Source: Strigamia acuminata (taxonomy: Eukaryota). From it: a DNA stretch of 64,000 nt. Position 1 is the stretch's first letter; the number at the start of each line of letters is the position of its first letter. Where the stretch lies: NCBI GenBank assembly GCA_949358305.1, contig OX442314.1, forward strand, positions 24,552,001 to 24,616,000. Direction: 5' to 3'. Below the pieces are notes generated by a model, which was given only the letters and a program-made list of their open reading frames with translations, was not told where the DNA came from and did no database searches. This document shows positions 38,314 through 50,905 of the stretch, in pieces. Made by a program: the position numbers and the translations under genes.

Positions 38314-41300
38314 CAGCAAACCTAAACACACGACGCGATTCACCGACCCCTGTTATCCATCTCGGTTGGTACATCACAAGCGGCGCGTGGACCAGTTCTA
38401 ATCCATACGAACCGAGGCCAATATGGATGAAGCGAGTTGGAGAAACGACAAGACGCAAACTCGCATCGAGCATCGAGCACCGACAGCATCAGCAGCATCA
38501 GCGGCATCAGCGGCGACTAGGACGCCGCTCGGTGCCGAATTGCGCATAGAATGGAACGATGGTTGGAATTTTGTGCGAAAATCGATACTGGGTCTGTTCC
38601 AGTTTTACAGCCCCGAACACGGGGTACCAGCGCAGGTTTTGCTCACTTTTCTTCTTCTTGCACATTTCTTCAAACTTGGAAGGGATTTTGCCAGCCGAGT
38701 CTCGCTTCTCATATTTAGTCCTCGAAGATCAATAGCGATGCCCTGCAAGAATACATCGTAAATTTTCTTTAATATTCCTCCATCTTTTTTTCCTCGGTCA
38801 CCCATTTCCAACAAAAATATAATCGTATTGGCTCTATTAAATGTATTAGTGTATACCACATTGAAATTATATTAACATTTTATGACGTGTTGCCAACTTT
38901 ATTATCAGATTGTGAAGCTGGCGTCGCTAAACTTAAGTATATGCAAGATGATGTTTGATCACACCCACTTTATGAAGAAATTAGCAATAGCTAGGCACCT
39001 CGAGGTAAAACAATCGGTTAGTTCTTTGTGTGTTATTTGAGTCAAACAATACGAAAATGTAAATTTAAAATGGATTTACTAATCATTGGAGTGGAAGGAG
39101 CGAACGAAGCATGTTAATCGGACATATTAATCAAATTCATTTGGTTTGGAAAATGGTACGTCTAGTAGAATAACAAATTTTGTATAAATAATATTTATTT
39201 AACAATTTAAAAAAAAAATTGTTATTTTTTTATTTTAGTGGATTTTGATGAATTTAATTTTGATAGTGCTGTGCAGCAAAGCCCAAATAATAATTATTAA
39301 TACAAGTATATATATTTTTTATTTTTAATAAAAGTTTTATTATCGCATCATCTTAATTTAAAATCAATAATTTTTAACTTTTTTGGAAACAATTATCTGG
39401 TCATTAATTAATTTTCAACAGTGCAATTGAAATGAACTCGAGTGACGACTGTTAAAAAAAATTTAATTTCATTGTACGTAAAAATAAAAAAAAAATAAAA
39501 ACGAAAAAAAATAAAATGAAATGAAGCGGAAAAAAATTTAAGACGAAATGAATTTTTCTAAAAAGAATAATTTTTTTTTCTAACGTGGTGATGAAAACAA
39601 ATTGAAGAAAAAGAAAAAAAAATGTTGTAGCATTATGTCGGAGGGTTGAGGGTGGGTCATGCTCCTCACAAATAAGGATTTTCCGATGATGCGCACACCA
39701 AACTTAATGAAGCTGTCCATCAACGACAAATCTGTTCTCGTTTAATGCGCAAATTGTAAAGCAAAATTACATCAGACCGCATTCATTCTCTTTTTATTAA
39801 TCGTCGTCTTCGACGCTGCATAGAAATGGCGCTTTTAGGGGGAAACAAACAAATAAAAAAAATAAAAAAAACATTTTTTTTAGACGGAGTTTCAATTTGG
39901 TGGCCGCATCAAGTCAACCTTTGGCCGTCTGAGAACAAAAACACCGTCAATCTTACAAGATGTAGTCAGACGGCAACCAAACTCCATTTTAAAATTTCAC
40001 TTATTTACAATGCAGATTAAATTGAACCATTAAACCATAAAATCATCAGATTAGAACAAATATAATACAATAATAATTTATTAACTATAAATTATCTCCA
40101 AATCTTATGGGGTCACTACAAATTGAGTATAAACGTGCAAAAATTAAATTCACAATTATAAAAATAGAAAAAAAAAAATCCTTTTTAATTTAAAAGCAAA
40201 ATTAAAAATATATGATTAAAGCATTTATAGATTTGTGTTTTTTAATCGAGTTTCTCATCATTAATAATTTCGTTTCCATTTCTCGTTTTATCTCCATTGT
40301 GGACGATCAAACGAGATTATTTTTGCCATAATCAAATAATTTTGACAAACTCGCTCAAATACAATTTTTTTCTCCCTCAAAATTTAATGCCCCGCAATTA
40401 AATTCCACCAAAAAAAAATATTTGCTTAAAATAAACATCCACCATCAGAAAATTAAACACGCAACAAGCACATCTAAAAATTAAAAAAATAAAAACACAA
40501 GTGACCACATGACTATCAAAGCCGAGTCGTAATCTCACAATTCATGTCGGCCGTAGCGCTGTCTTGAATCACACAACAAGTAAATAAAGACAGACAGCAC
40601 TCGTTACATGTTGACATAAATTCAAAACAAATGTCGTTTTTACCATGTCAGTTGGTGATGGCAGCCCCTATTTACAAAATTATTTGGCGTTTCCAACGTC
40701 CTCAAAGGTATTTCCCCTTCAGCTTCAACTGTGTGCATTACCATGACATTACTATGTGCCAGTAATGCGACAAAATAACCAAATAAACACAAGAATTGCA
40801 CATTGCAATTTTTCACCACGCTATAAAATAGAAAATTAAAAACATGCACTCTGGATTTTTTTACGACAAAACTCAAATGGTGTTTCCTTATCTTCATCTT
40901 TTGGCTACGATCAAGTATTAAGAATTAAGAATATTTAATCTTCTTAGCTTTCCTGCATGGCCTTTACTCAATTTGCATCTAATATTCAAATTATATAATC
41001 CAATGAACTAGAGCAATGAATATTCTTATTCTATTGTGCTCCATTAAGTTTAAGCACTGTTTAAGTTTCGAATTATTACCACTAATAGTCCTCATTAAGT
41101 CAATACTGGCTTCCTCTTTGAGATATTGAATTAAATAAACCATCAAAGATCCTTATTACACCAAAGTTCATTCTGTGAAAGTCATTTTTAAGCATTTATC
41201 ATATTTTCAGCTTCAGACATGATATTAAGAGGTTTCTTTTAAAAAAAAATTGAAGATGTTTTAAGAGCGTGTTTAAGAATCAAAGAAATCATAATTAGTG

Positions 41301-43424
41301 CTTAGCCGAAGTTCAAAGGTGGAGTTAATTTATTCCAGACAGTTAAGGGCGTGTGCAATTCGATATTAAAGTTTTTAAATTAGTTAAAAGTATAAAAAAA
41401 AATAATAATAATTAAAAAGAAATTGTGTATATAAAACAATATGAAATAGTGGTAAATAAAAAAAAGAAAAGAAAACTCTTTTTGGTCTGTTTTTAATTAA
41501 AAGCGAATCTCATTGTGATATAATTAAGCCGTCGCGCGCACAACTTTAAAAAAAAGGACAATTATTTTCCGCTCGGTTTACTGTAAATCGAATACGAGTT
41601 AAGTGTATTCCACGTTACGCTAATATAAAAAGTATTAATTTTTCAAAATGCATGCTGAGAGCTTTTATCACACATTTTCCTTTCATCTTTTTTCCTCCCA
41701 CATTAGAATGTCGAAGAATGATTTCCCCAGTAAACCCGAGCTTTTACTGATGCAAATGGCTAAAAATTAAAGAAATCTAGCAACGAAGATCAGACAAATG
41801 TCGTTATTTAAGTGAAAATAAATGAAGAAATCGTTCGACTTTTGCCATTAACATGAAATATTGGATGCGAAGAACCTTTTAGTCTCAGCGCTGCATCGCA
41901 ATCGAAAACTGTCTCGAGTTTTTCATTTCGCGAACGACTTCCCTTGTTCCAATTTAAACCTAAACATTTCTAAACAAAAATTAAGTTTCAATTCGAATGG
42001 AGAACAAAGTCAACAAATAGAAAATTCAAGTATTTTCCAAAATTTCCCTTAAATGTTTAAAAACAATTGAATTCTGCATTTCCCAAAATGCAAAATGCAA
42101 AATAGGAAAATAACAGCCAACGACGAAGATTTTTGTCCCGAATTTTACTCCGACAGTAACAAACAACCGAGACCCATCTCATGGATATTTCATTTCCTCG
42201 CCAAGAACACATTCAAATTTCGAGTCGACGTTTGCGAGCATTAAAGGCTTTAAGCCCATTATGTAAAACTTTGCAAATGGCTGCTGATGATATTGATGTG
42301 CGCTGTTCTCGTGTCTCGAACACATACGCTTACTTTTCCTTTCCTTTCAGGTGATCCGGAAAAAAGTAGTCAAGTTTCTGTATCCGATGAAGCATTGCCT
42401 TCGTATCGACCCAAAGTATCCAGTTGTCTAACAACAAACACTAAAAAAGAAGTGGAAATAAGAAGTTCGCCCTCTCTCTGCTGCTCCGAGAAACACACAG
42501 AATAAGATACAGGTAGCTTTCCAATCCACTCCAGGGAATTTGACCATAAAAAACTTTTTCTTTTTCTTTCTTTTAAATATCTAACGTCAACATCATCTTT
42601 AGTAACCTTGAGAGATAGAGAGGTCTTGTTTCTATATACCTTTTCTTGGTCGATGTAAAAAGCAGTCGGTGTTAATCAAATTAACTTTGAAAAAAATGTT
42701 TAAATAAGAATAAAAAAATAATCGGGGAGAGAAGTAGTTAATTTGAGGCATGCCACTAACAACAAGCACACTTTTGACCTTTTTTTTTCTTTCTATTCAT
42801 CCTTGTGTGCATTTAAACCGTTTCCATTCCCACTGAGTCGGAATTTGAAAGTAACGACACTTGCGGCAACAGTTTAGGAATGTTCTTCTTCCCCTTCAGT
42901 TTTCCCATTGCAAGTTAATGAGGAAATAGCTCGTCCATGTTGGCACTGTATTGTGGCATTGTAAATTGGCAAATGGCTTTTCTTTCCGCACAAATTGGTT
43001 CAATTGCATTAGTAACATCAAGAGTTCTATTCTAGACCGAAAGTAAATATTTCGAAAACCTTTTAAAACCGATTTGCACGGGTGTTGGTAACTTCGTAAT
43101 GCGCGAATCTGAGGTAATCTAACCCAAAGTTGAAAACAATACAGCCGACTAGGGTTGCCACCTCTCCATTAACTTAACCTAACCTAGCCCAATGAAATAT
43201 TTGCCTTAATTAATTCTGTAAGAATAATCTGCTTATCTTCCATAGCAGGGGTTCTCAAATTTTTTAGCATTGCGACCCATTTTTAAGACAAGCGATCTAC
43301 CGCGTCCCACTTCATCATCGGTGCATTAAATTTTTTCAAAATGAACTACGACAGATTGTTACTCTTTTCCCATCCTACAAAATTCATCACTTTGGGGAAT
43401 TACAATAGATACAAACCTCCATTT

Positions 43425-43535
43425 TTGAGAGATTTGGCGGGTTTTTCGAGGTTTTTCGAGAATTTTGGATGATTTTTGTAGATTTTGAAGGATTTTTGTG
43501 AGGTTTTTGTGAAGATTTTAGAGGATTTTGTAGCT
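43425..43535. repeat. Degenerate 10-11-bp periodic array amid hAT-MITE-like fragments
   Basis: Repeats of GAGG/GATTTTT(G/C); nearby MITE-end-like motifs TAGGGTTGCCA (~43150), CAGGGGTTCTCAAA (~43246) and TAAATCCGGCCCT (~43603). Confidence 0.55.
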
Positions 43536-45613
43536 TTTGCTAACCTGGAGTGTATTGCAACCAATATACACATGCGACAAAAGGGCCCCCGATGCTTATG
43601 CTTAAATCCGGCCCTAATTAGGCACCAGTCTATGGGCCACACGCCTTTTAGGGACTCAGCGACAACTGATCGGCATAATATTAATTTGATATTGAAAGAA
43701 AATTGCAATCAAGCTTTCTTAAATTGTTTCCAGAAAATAGAACAAAATTAATCAACTCAAACTAACGAAAACTTTAAGTTTAAGTCTCTACAGAACAAAT
43801 ACTGTATCAATGTAATGGCCCCCGACATTTCGACTGCCTAGAGGCAGCCACAAGGTTAATTAATTAATTAGAATTAATCCGGCAACTGATCAATTAATGT
43901 ATGTTATTGTAAGTTAAGAAATGCTACCTAGTTGGGTTGGAATGGAAACGTTACACTTTACTGTTTAATTCATCACTCTGACAACCAGTATTTTATTTAC
44001 AATACAATTTATGTTACAATATGGTCAAACAATTGATCAACACTGCTGCTTTTGGGCTACACTAGAAGACATTCTTGATAATTTAACTGAAGGTTTTGTT
44101 GAGAGAGAACATTTTTCATTGGAAAAGAGGATGAGAACTGTCCTCCCCAAAGGAAGACGGGGAACAACTCTGTAGCTGACCATATCACCCGTCTCCTTTT
44201 TTCGCTGTCTATTTTAATTGGTAACACGATTTATAACACTCGGTGCACTTGACCTTAAGTAATCCCATTTTCCCCACACAATTCTGGTGAATAAAACTTA
44301 CTTAAAACTTAAACATCTTTTATCTTCCAAAATAAAATAAAATAAAATAAAAATAAAATAAAATAAAATAAAAAATTCTGCATTTCAATTTTAATTTCCC
44401 TTTTTCAATTTCCCACACGAAACAACGCAATAAGGAAATAAAACACCGACCGGAACAGCACGTGAGGAAGAAAAAAAGCTAAGAATAAAATCTCCTACTA
44501 ATAACTTCCTAATAAGAAAAAGAAAAAAAAATGGTGAGATTTAATGGCGCAGCGCAGCGACGTCTTAATAACGAGAAAGGAATCAAAGGAGTGTGTTGGG
44601 GTAAAAGGACGAATTCATCAGGGACTTGTAGAAAGCGATCGTATATGACGCAGACACAGGTATAAAGGCATCAGGTTTGGGTAGGGGTTTTATTCCCAAA
44701 GGTACCCGGAGCCGCCATTCGGATCATGTGGAAGCCAGACGCCCACATACTCGTCCCTTCCTTCCCGCTACCAGGCAAAATATCATTGGCGCTCCCTTTG
44801 GGGCCGTAAGTGAAGCTCAGAGTTGCTGAATCACCAAAACCAAGTCTAGTGAAATGTGCGCCCCGACCACCAACCGACACGTTTTGCCACCGGTAACCAA
44901 GGAACGCAGCACTAATAAAGCTTGCTTCATATATATAGAAAAATATTCCAACTTGAATTGTATATTTATTTCCATTTGTATTCAATACTGCGATTTAAGC
45001 TCTAGAGAAAACTCGTAGATAAAATAAACGAGTAGATAACTATTGTGTGTGTGTAGAATAACATAAATAATTAAAATTCTTGTAAGTGTTTTTATGTACT
45101 AACAAGTGATTTGTACTTACATCAAGTCATCAGCTGTGGGTCAAATTTAACAAAGATATTAGAGAGTTTGCGGGATGCATTTTCCCCTTATTTTGTGCCA
45201 CGTTACATTATTTTAGTGCCATATCGTAAGGGGAAAATCTTTAGTGTATCGTTTTCAACACTAAATTAAAATATAGCGCAGCCAATCAGAATTGAGAACA
45301 CTATATTGTTAGCTCCGCCCATTGGCAATGGCGAATATTTTGTTGTCCTGATCAAACACATCACAGTCGTAGGTACGTAGATTGAATGATAAGTGAGGCC
45401 CTAAATTGAATTTTAGGCCCAAAATCTACTCTCTACCGTGCCTTGAGCATGGGTCTCTATTAGTGTGCAGGTGAAATCTCGGTTTTGTAAATAGAGCGCA
45501 GGTGTTCAAGTTTTCCACTATACTTATAGGCATAACGATAGTTTTTATAAGGGAAAAGTACCTGCTACAAACTGTGTAATGAGAGCATTTACGACATCTA
45601 TATTTTACCTTTA

Positions 45614-45800
45614 CAGTGGAGCCTTCTTATAACGAATTGCAAGAGACCCGAAAAATCTGTTTGTTATAACAAAAGTTCGTTACCGGTATATCAAAACTTT
45701 TTAACACGGTATTCTACGGCCAACCAACCAAGTCGTTTTTAACCATTCGTAATAACAAAAAATTCGTTCTATCATGGTTCGTTATAATGAGGTTCGACTG
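45614..45800. mobile_element. pogo/Tigger-like MITE with TA TSD
   Basis: TA|CAGTGGAGCCTTCTTATAACGAA ... TTCGTTATAATGAGGTTCGACTG|TA, with imperfect 23-bp TIRs. Confidence 0.8.
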
Positions 45801-48653
45801 TACTTGGAAGCCCCTATAATTACAAGGGTCTATGGTTGTAAAGACCTGCCGAGTGGTTAGTTTGACACTGGACAGAAGCAGGAAACGTCCTATTTGCTCT
45901 GTGTTTATTGCTTGACTGTGCAAAAGTACACACAAAATATGTAGACAGAAAATATCACTTTTGCTTTTGCATCAAATGGATCTTGCGACCATCAAATAAC
46001 TCCATTGTTCATTGTTCTGTCCGACTTGAAACCTTTTATATTAATATTAAACTTTTATACTTTAATTCTTTATAAATAAGACCTGTTTTAAATCCCATTT
46101 TGTCATTTCATTCATTTCCTTGTACGAGAATACTGAAGGTGGGCACAGAAAGCAGTGTAAGAAAATCAAAAGCGAGCAAATCTTCGCCACCCAGTAACAC
46201 TTGTGATCACGAACATGAAGGGAAAGAAAAGTCTACAATGCCCGCCAGGCTTCAGTGCGTCTTCGCCTTTTTCAATGTTTAGAATTTTCCCAAACGGAGA
46301 AAAAAAAACATTTTCCTTTTAAGTCATTGAATAAAACATCCTTTCCATCTCCATTAAGTCCAGAATAAACAATAGCCATGTAATCAATTTTTTTTTGTAT
46401 TTTAGAAAAAAAATTTCAAATGATTTGTTTGTTTCTTTATTTATTTACACTCCAAAGACAAAAGCGTTTCAGTCCCAACTCAAATAACAATTAAATATTA
46501 AATATTAAATAACTTATTATGTTTACATGATTTTCTTTTGTCAGGTAAAACCTCTGTTACCATTATTGATATATTCTGTAAAGTTTCACCCAGAATTCAA
46601 CACAAGTCCAAAAACTTTAGTTGGGTAGCTGGTTAATTGTTTCAAATTGTTTCAAATTGTTTCTAATGTGTGTTTGCAAACCAAAAACACAGAAAAACAA
46701 TTTAGTTTCATTTTATTCATAAACCTCTCAGATATTTGGCATGCGATTGTCCACCTCTTGGCACATCCAGCTTAAAGCTAAGTTAAGCTTCTCTGCACTT
46801 CAGCAAAATCGCTTCTATACGTTGCAACTGAATGTGGCATAATACCATCTGCAAACAAGTTGTTGTTTGCACAGTTCGAACTTGTTACAAAAACCGCTTA
46901 AAGAAAAAAGATGCTTTTCACGAAGCAGCTACGATAGTGTCTAAAAATTCCAATATAGTTTCTGTGTTTACCCTGTTCTGTTTCACTAATGTATTATAAA
47001 CAAGATACAATAAATAATAGTAAACACAGTCATAAAGTATTTTAGCCCAAACAGCATTTTAAACAACATATTTAAACAGCTTTTCTCGAATCTCGATTTA
47101 ACTTCAAAAATGGTGACCGATTTAGCCCGTTTTCAGTCGCAGTTTTGTCACAGATTTTTAAGGTTGAAATTTGAATTTTTTATTGTAACATTATTTCAGC
47201 ATGATTAAAATGCAAATCTATTGCCAGTTCGGTTATATTTTGAAAATTGTTTATTTTTTAATCATTTATCCAACTGGGCCAAAGTTTTGTCCTGCACTGT
47301 AGTCAATTTACTCGGCTTGATTTGCATTCCTGTAATTGTTTTGCACACCTTTAAATGACTTTTCGAAAGCGTCTGGCGTCAATTACAAACTAAATGTGCA
47401 ATTTACTACCAACTACGGTAAATGCGGTTAGTCGCTGTACTAAATTCCTTCACCAATTAAGCAACAATGAATCGGCCAGTGCTTTTATTTCAAAGTTGCA
47501 AGACTAACAACTGAAACTGGTCACAAAAAGAGCAGTTGAGCCCATCAACAAACTTTGTCCGGATGCTTTCTACGCCAAATGGAGTACTTTCGGGACAATT
47601 TGGCAACTTTGAAATTTTTAAGTTCAAGAACAATAGCTTAAAATGCGCCATTCTTTGCTCGGCACTGACTTGACAAAAGCCTGCCATGAACTCCTAACGA
47701 GCAAGTTGCACGAGCTATTCTAACGACGAAAATCTAATTATTCCTTCGATATAACCGTCACAAAACAGATCAAAACTCGATTTACAATTAAACCTCTACC
47801 CAAAAATTAAAAAAAAAAATTAAATAAAAAAAAAAAACAATGAAATAAAACACAATCCAATTTCTTCTACCTGTGAGGAAAACAAAAACGTTTCCACTAC
47901 AAATCTCCTGCAGCACACAAATTCCATATTAATTCCTTCTCTCTCAGACGTCTCGGTACAAGCATTGCAAATCTGAAAAGCGCAAGCAAAGCGCTCGTAC
48001 TAAATCTTCTTAATGGTTAATTTCTAACATTTTGCATATGTAAACACAATTTAAAAAAATGCATGAGTTGGGGTTAAATACGGATGGCTGTTTTACTCAA
48101 GTCGCCGAATAATCGATCGCATAAATGGCCTAACAAACCGGAACCGAATTGTGTACGTGTGCATACTTAGAAGATAGAATTTAGCAAAAATATCTTGTCA
48201 TCGAATCGATGAGATTTAAGAGCCCGAGTGGCAATAAATTGGCCAGGAGGAGAGATGTGAGCGCGTTTTCTATGGCGCAGATGAAACTCCCTCGTTACCA
48301 TCGATCAAAAGACACGAGAACAATTTGGACACGAGTTGCCTTATTGCATTCAGGCTTCACTAATTTCCGACAGAAAATGATTATTTTGTCACTTGGGGAA
48401 GGCGCCATCGTCTGTTGTTTACCTTACACCATGCTCGTTCGGATGCCAAATAAGAATGCAACACATTCCTTCTGATCGACGACACAAACTAGCGGAAGCG
48501 CCGAAAGAATATATCAAAAAAACGAAACTTTCTCACCTAATGGTTACCCAATTTGTTACACTGTTTATTACTTTAAGCGAACGGCAAGAAATTTTTTATT
48601 ACAAATATCCATTTACCGCACTCAGCAATGTATATACTTCTACTTTGCTACTG

Positions 48654-48787
48654 CTCATTTATTTACCAATAACAATACTAATAAAACTTTCCCACCCAAC
48701 GTAAACAACAAAGATTTATATCTCATTTATTTACCAGTAACAATGCTAATGGGATTCCCCCACAAAACAAAAACCGACAAAGATTTA
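48654..48787. repeat. Degenerate ~68-bp tandem duplication
   Basis: CTCATTTATTTACCA(A/G)TAACAAT(A/G)CTAAT...ACAAAGATTTA occurs twice, starting at 48654 and 48722. Confidence 0.7.
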
Positions 48788-50292
48788 CTGCATTTTTTCC
48801 TACACTTGGTAATAAATTATTAAATATTAAAGTCTCGGTGGCATCATTTATAATTTTTTTCTTTTGCATAATACAATACAACATTCTATAAAAAAAAATG
48901 TCTTCTCAAATTTTTTTTTAGAATCACATTTTGTAAAATTAAGACAATCTGTTTTGTTAGATGTGACACAAGAAGCCTTTAAAGTTGAAAGTTTATGTCG
49001 CTTATAATGTAATAAAAACGTGCCACGTTCCAGATTTTGTATTGCATCGAAATACATCTCTGATTTCACGTGAGCTTTAATATATTTAAGATAGGTTGAC
49101 TTCTTGAATATATTGAAGACCACATGAAATCATAGACGTAGTATCGTGGTGCTATTTAACAGAATCTTTTTTTTTTGAACCGAAATTGTTATTTTCCGAT
49201 TATTTTTTAATGTTCGACTTTTCAAGGGGGTTGATGTTTAGTCCGATATCAGAGGTTAAACCCAAGATTTTCTCAAAAAGTATAACTTTAATACGAAGCT
49301 CTAAGCCATCCCTAATCGATTCTTCAGACAGGAAACTTCTAAATAATTCCGTTCGGTCATTAGAAATACCTTTAGTAACATGCCCGTCACAAAAGCGCGG
49401 TGTCAGATTACAAAAATAAACACTACTGGACAATATTAAAAAGATTAATGAAAAAATGGACATTCCTTCAGTTTTTGTTAGCTAATAACATAAAAGAATT
49501 ACGAGAGATTTACAGTAAGTAAATCGCAGACGCCATCAAAGACTTAACAAAGACGCAGACAGCAAATATTGACTGCAAGTCGATTACACTCACTCCAAGT
49601 GACACCAATTGGAAAATCCTCGACCCACATGTTGTGTTTAAAGTTAAGTCGGAAACACGAAAACGTTTTTATTGAATTGAAACACATAGCGTAAATCCTC
49701 TCATTCAACACGGAGCGTGTCTCCAAGGACTTTTATTTTCACTTATTGTGCGCAATTCAATTTTTGCGTTGATGAAACGATGAAGCCGAAGATTATACGG
49801 CTGTGACGCGCCCGCCTAATGCGATTAAACACCAAATGGAAAGTAATGAAATAAGAAAAATTCGACACTCAAATTAATAACTCGATTCCATGCTTCTGAA
49901 TTTTATTTTTCTTCATTTCGATGTAATTTCAACATTCAGATGTTCCCTCCCCTGCACACGATATAAAAATATCATCAGTTTACGTTCATGATGAAGATGA
50001 ATTCTTGACTCAAGTGTGAAAACTTTCCCATCAAAGACGAATGCCTGTGAGCACATTTACACGCCGAATGTGCAAACTTCATCTTTTCTACTTTCATCAT
50101 CTTTCATTCTACGAAGGTTATTCAGGACCTGTTTTACGCTTTGTATTTTAAGAATGCCTTTTGGATAGCAAATAGGGCAAATTTTTCAAATAACTTAGAA
50201 TGATGACGGACCTATTTATTGCAGCTGGAAATCTTAGCCGTCATATACTGTGCTTGCTTTCCCCAAGTGATTGGAATTTGGTTTTAGAACTA

Positions 50293-50720
50293 CGGTTCAA
50301 AAACACATTGAAACTACGGTGCAATATATTGAAATGTATTTTGAAATGCATTTTTGCAAATAATACATTTTTCAGTTGTATTATGAAATTCATTATTTAA
50401 TGTACAATTAATTCAATTTTATTTAACGTTTGATTTAAAAATAATATCTAAAAACACAATAAATAATTTTCAGGCATTATTTTTAAATCAAACGTTAAAT
50501 AAAATTGAACTATAGTGATAACGTCCGCCAAAAATGTAAATGCGGGATGTCAGTTGTCCGCCATTTGCCAGCAAAAAGATCTAACAACTTGGATTTAAAA
50601 AAAATGGCGAATATGACGTCCTGTACTGATCGTCCTAGATTCCACAAAATGCTATACATTTTAGAATGCATTAAATGAAAAGCAACAATATTATAAAATG
50701 TATTTTTGAACCATATGGGC
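50293..50720. mobile_element. MITE family with CCCATATGGTTCAAAAATACATT-like termini
   Basis: GGTTCAAAAACACATTG at left is mirrored by AATGTATTTTTGAACCATATGGG at right. Related TGCA/TGTATT-rich copies at ~34091-34150, ~52000-52190 and ~54487-54640. Confidence 0.6.
50412..50509. repeat. Perfect 34-bp inverted repeat with 30-bp spacer
   Basis: TTCAATTTTATTTAACGTTTGATTTAAAAATAAT (50412-50445) pairs with ATTATTTTTAAATCAAACGTTAAATAAAATTGAA (50476-50509). Confidence 0.92.
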
Positions 50721-50734
50721 ACAGGTCGTGCTCA

Positions 50735-50905
50735 GTATCTTGATGCCAAATTCATACTGCGCAGATAATTTCCTAATTCCAGTCGTCATTTAACAATATT
50801 AAGCCTAATATTAGGCTTAATGCTGCCTAATAATGCTAAAATAAAGTAAAATAAACACCAATAAACTCATTAACAAAAGTAATTTACAGCAAAGTGCCGA
50901 AATTT
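50735..50905. mobile_element. Partial copy of the 22219-22539 foldback MITE
   Basis: GTATCTTGATGCCAAATTCATACTGCGCAGATAATTTCCTAATTCCAGT...TATTAAGCCTAATATTAGGC...AAAAGTAATTTACAGC matches the reverse complement of the right arm and loop of that element. Confidence 0.8.

Noticed and set aside
44660..44812. TATA-like box, ATG and GTAAGT donor suggesting a plus-strand first exon
   Set aside because: The peptide is unremarkable, the donor context is weak and I found no downstream exon.
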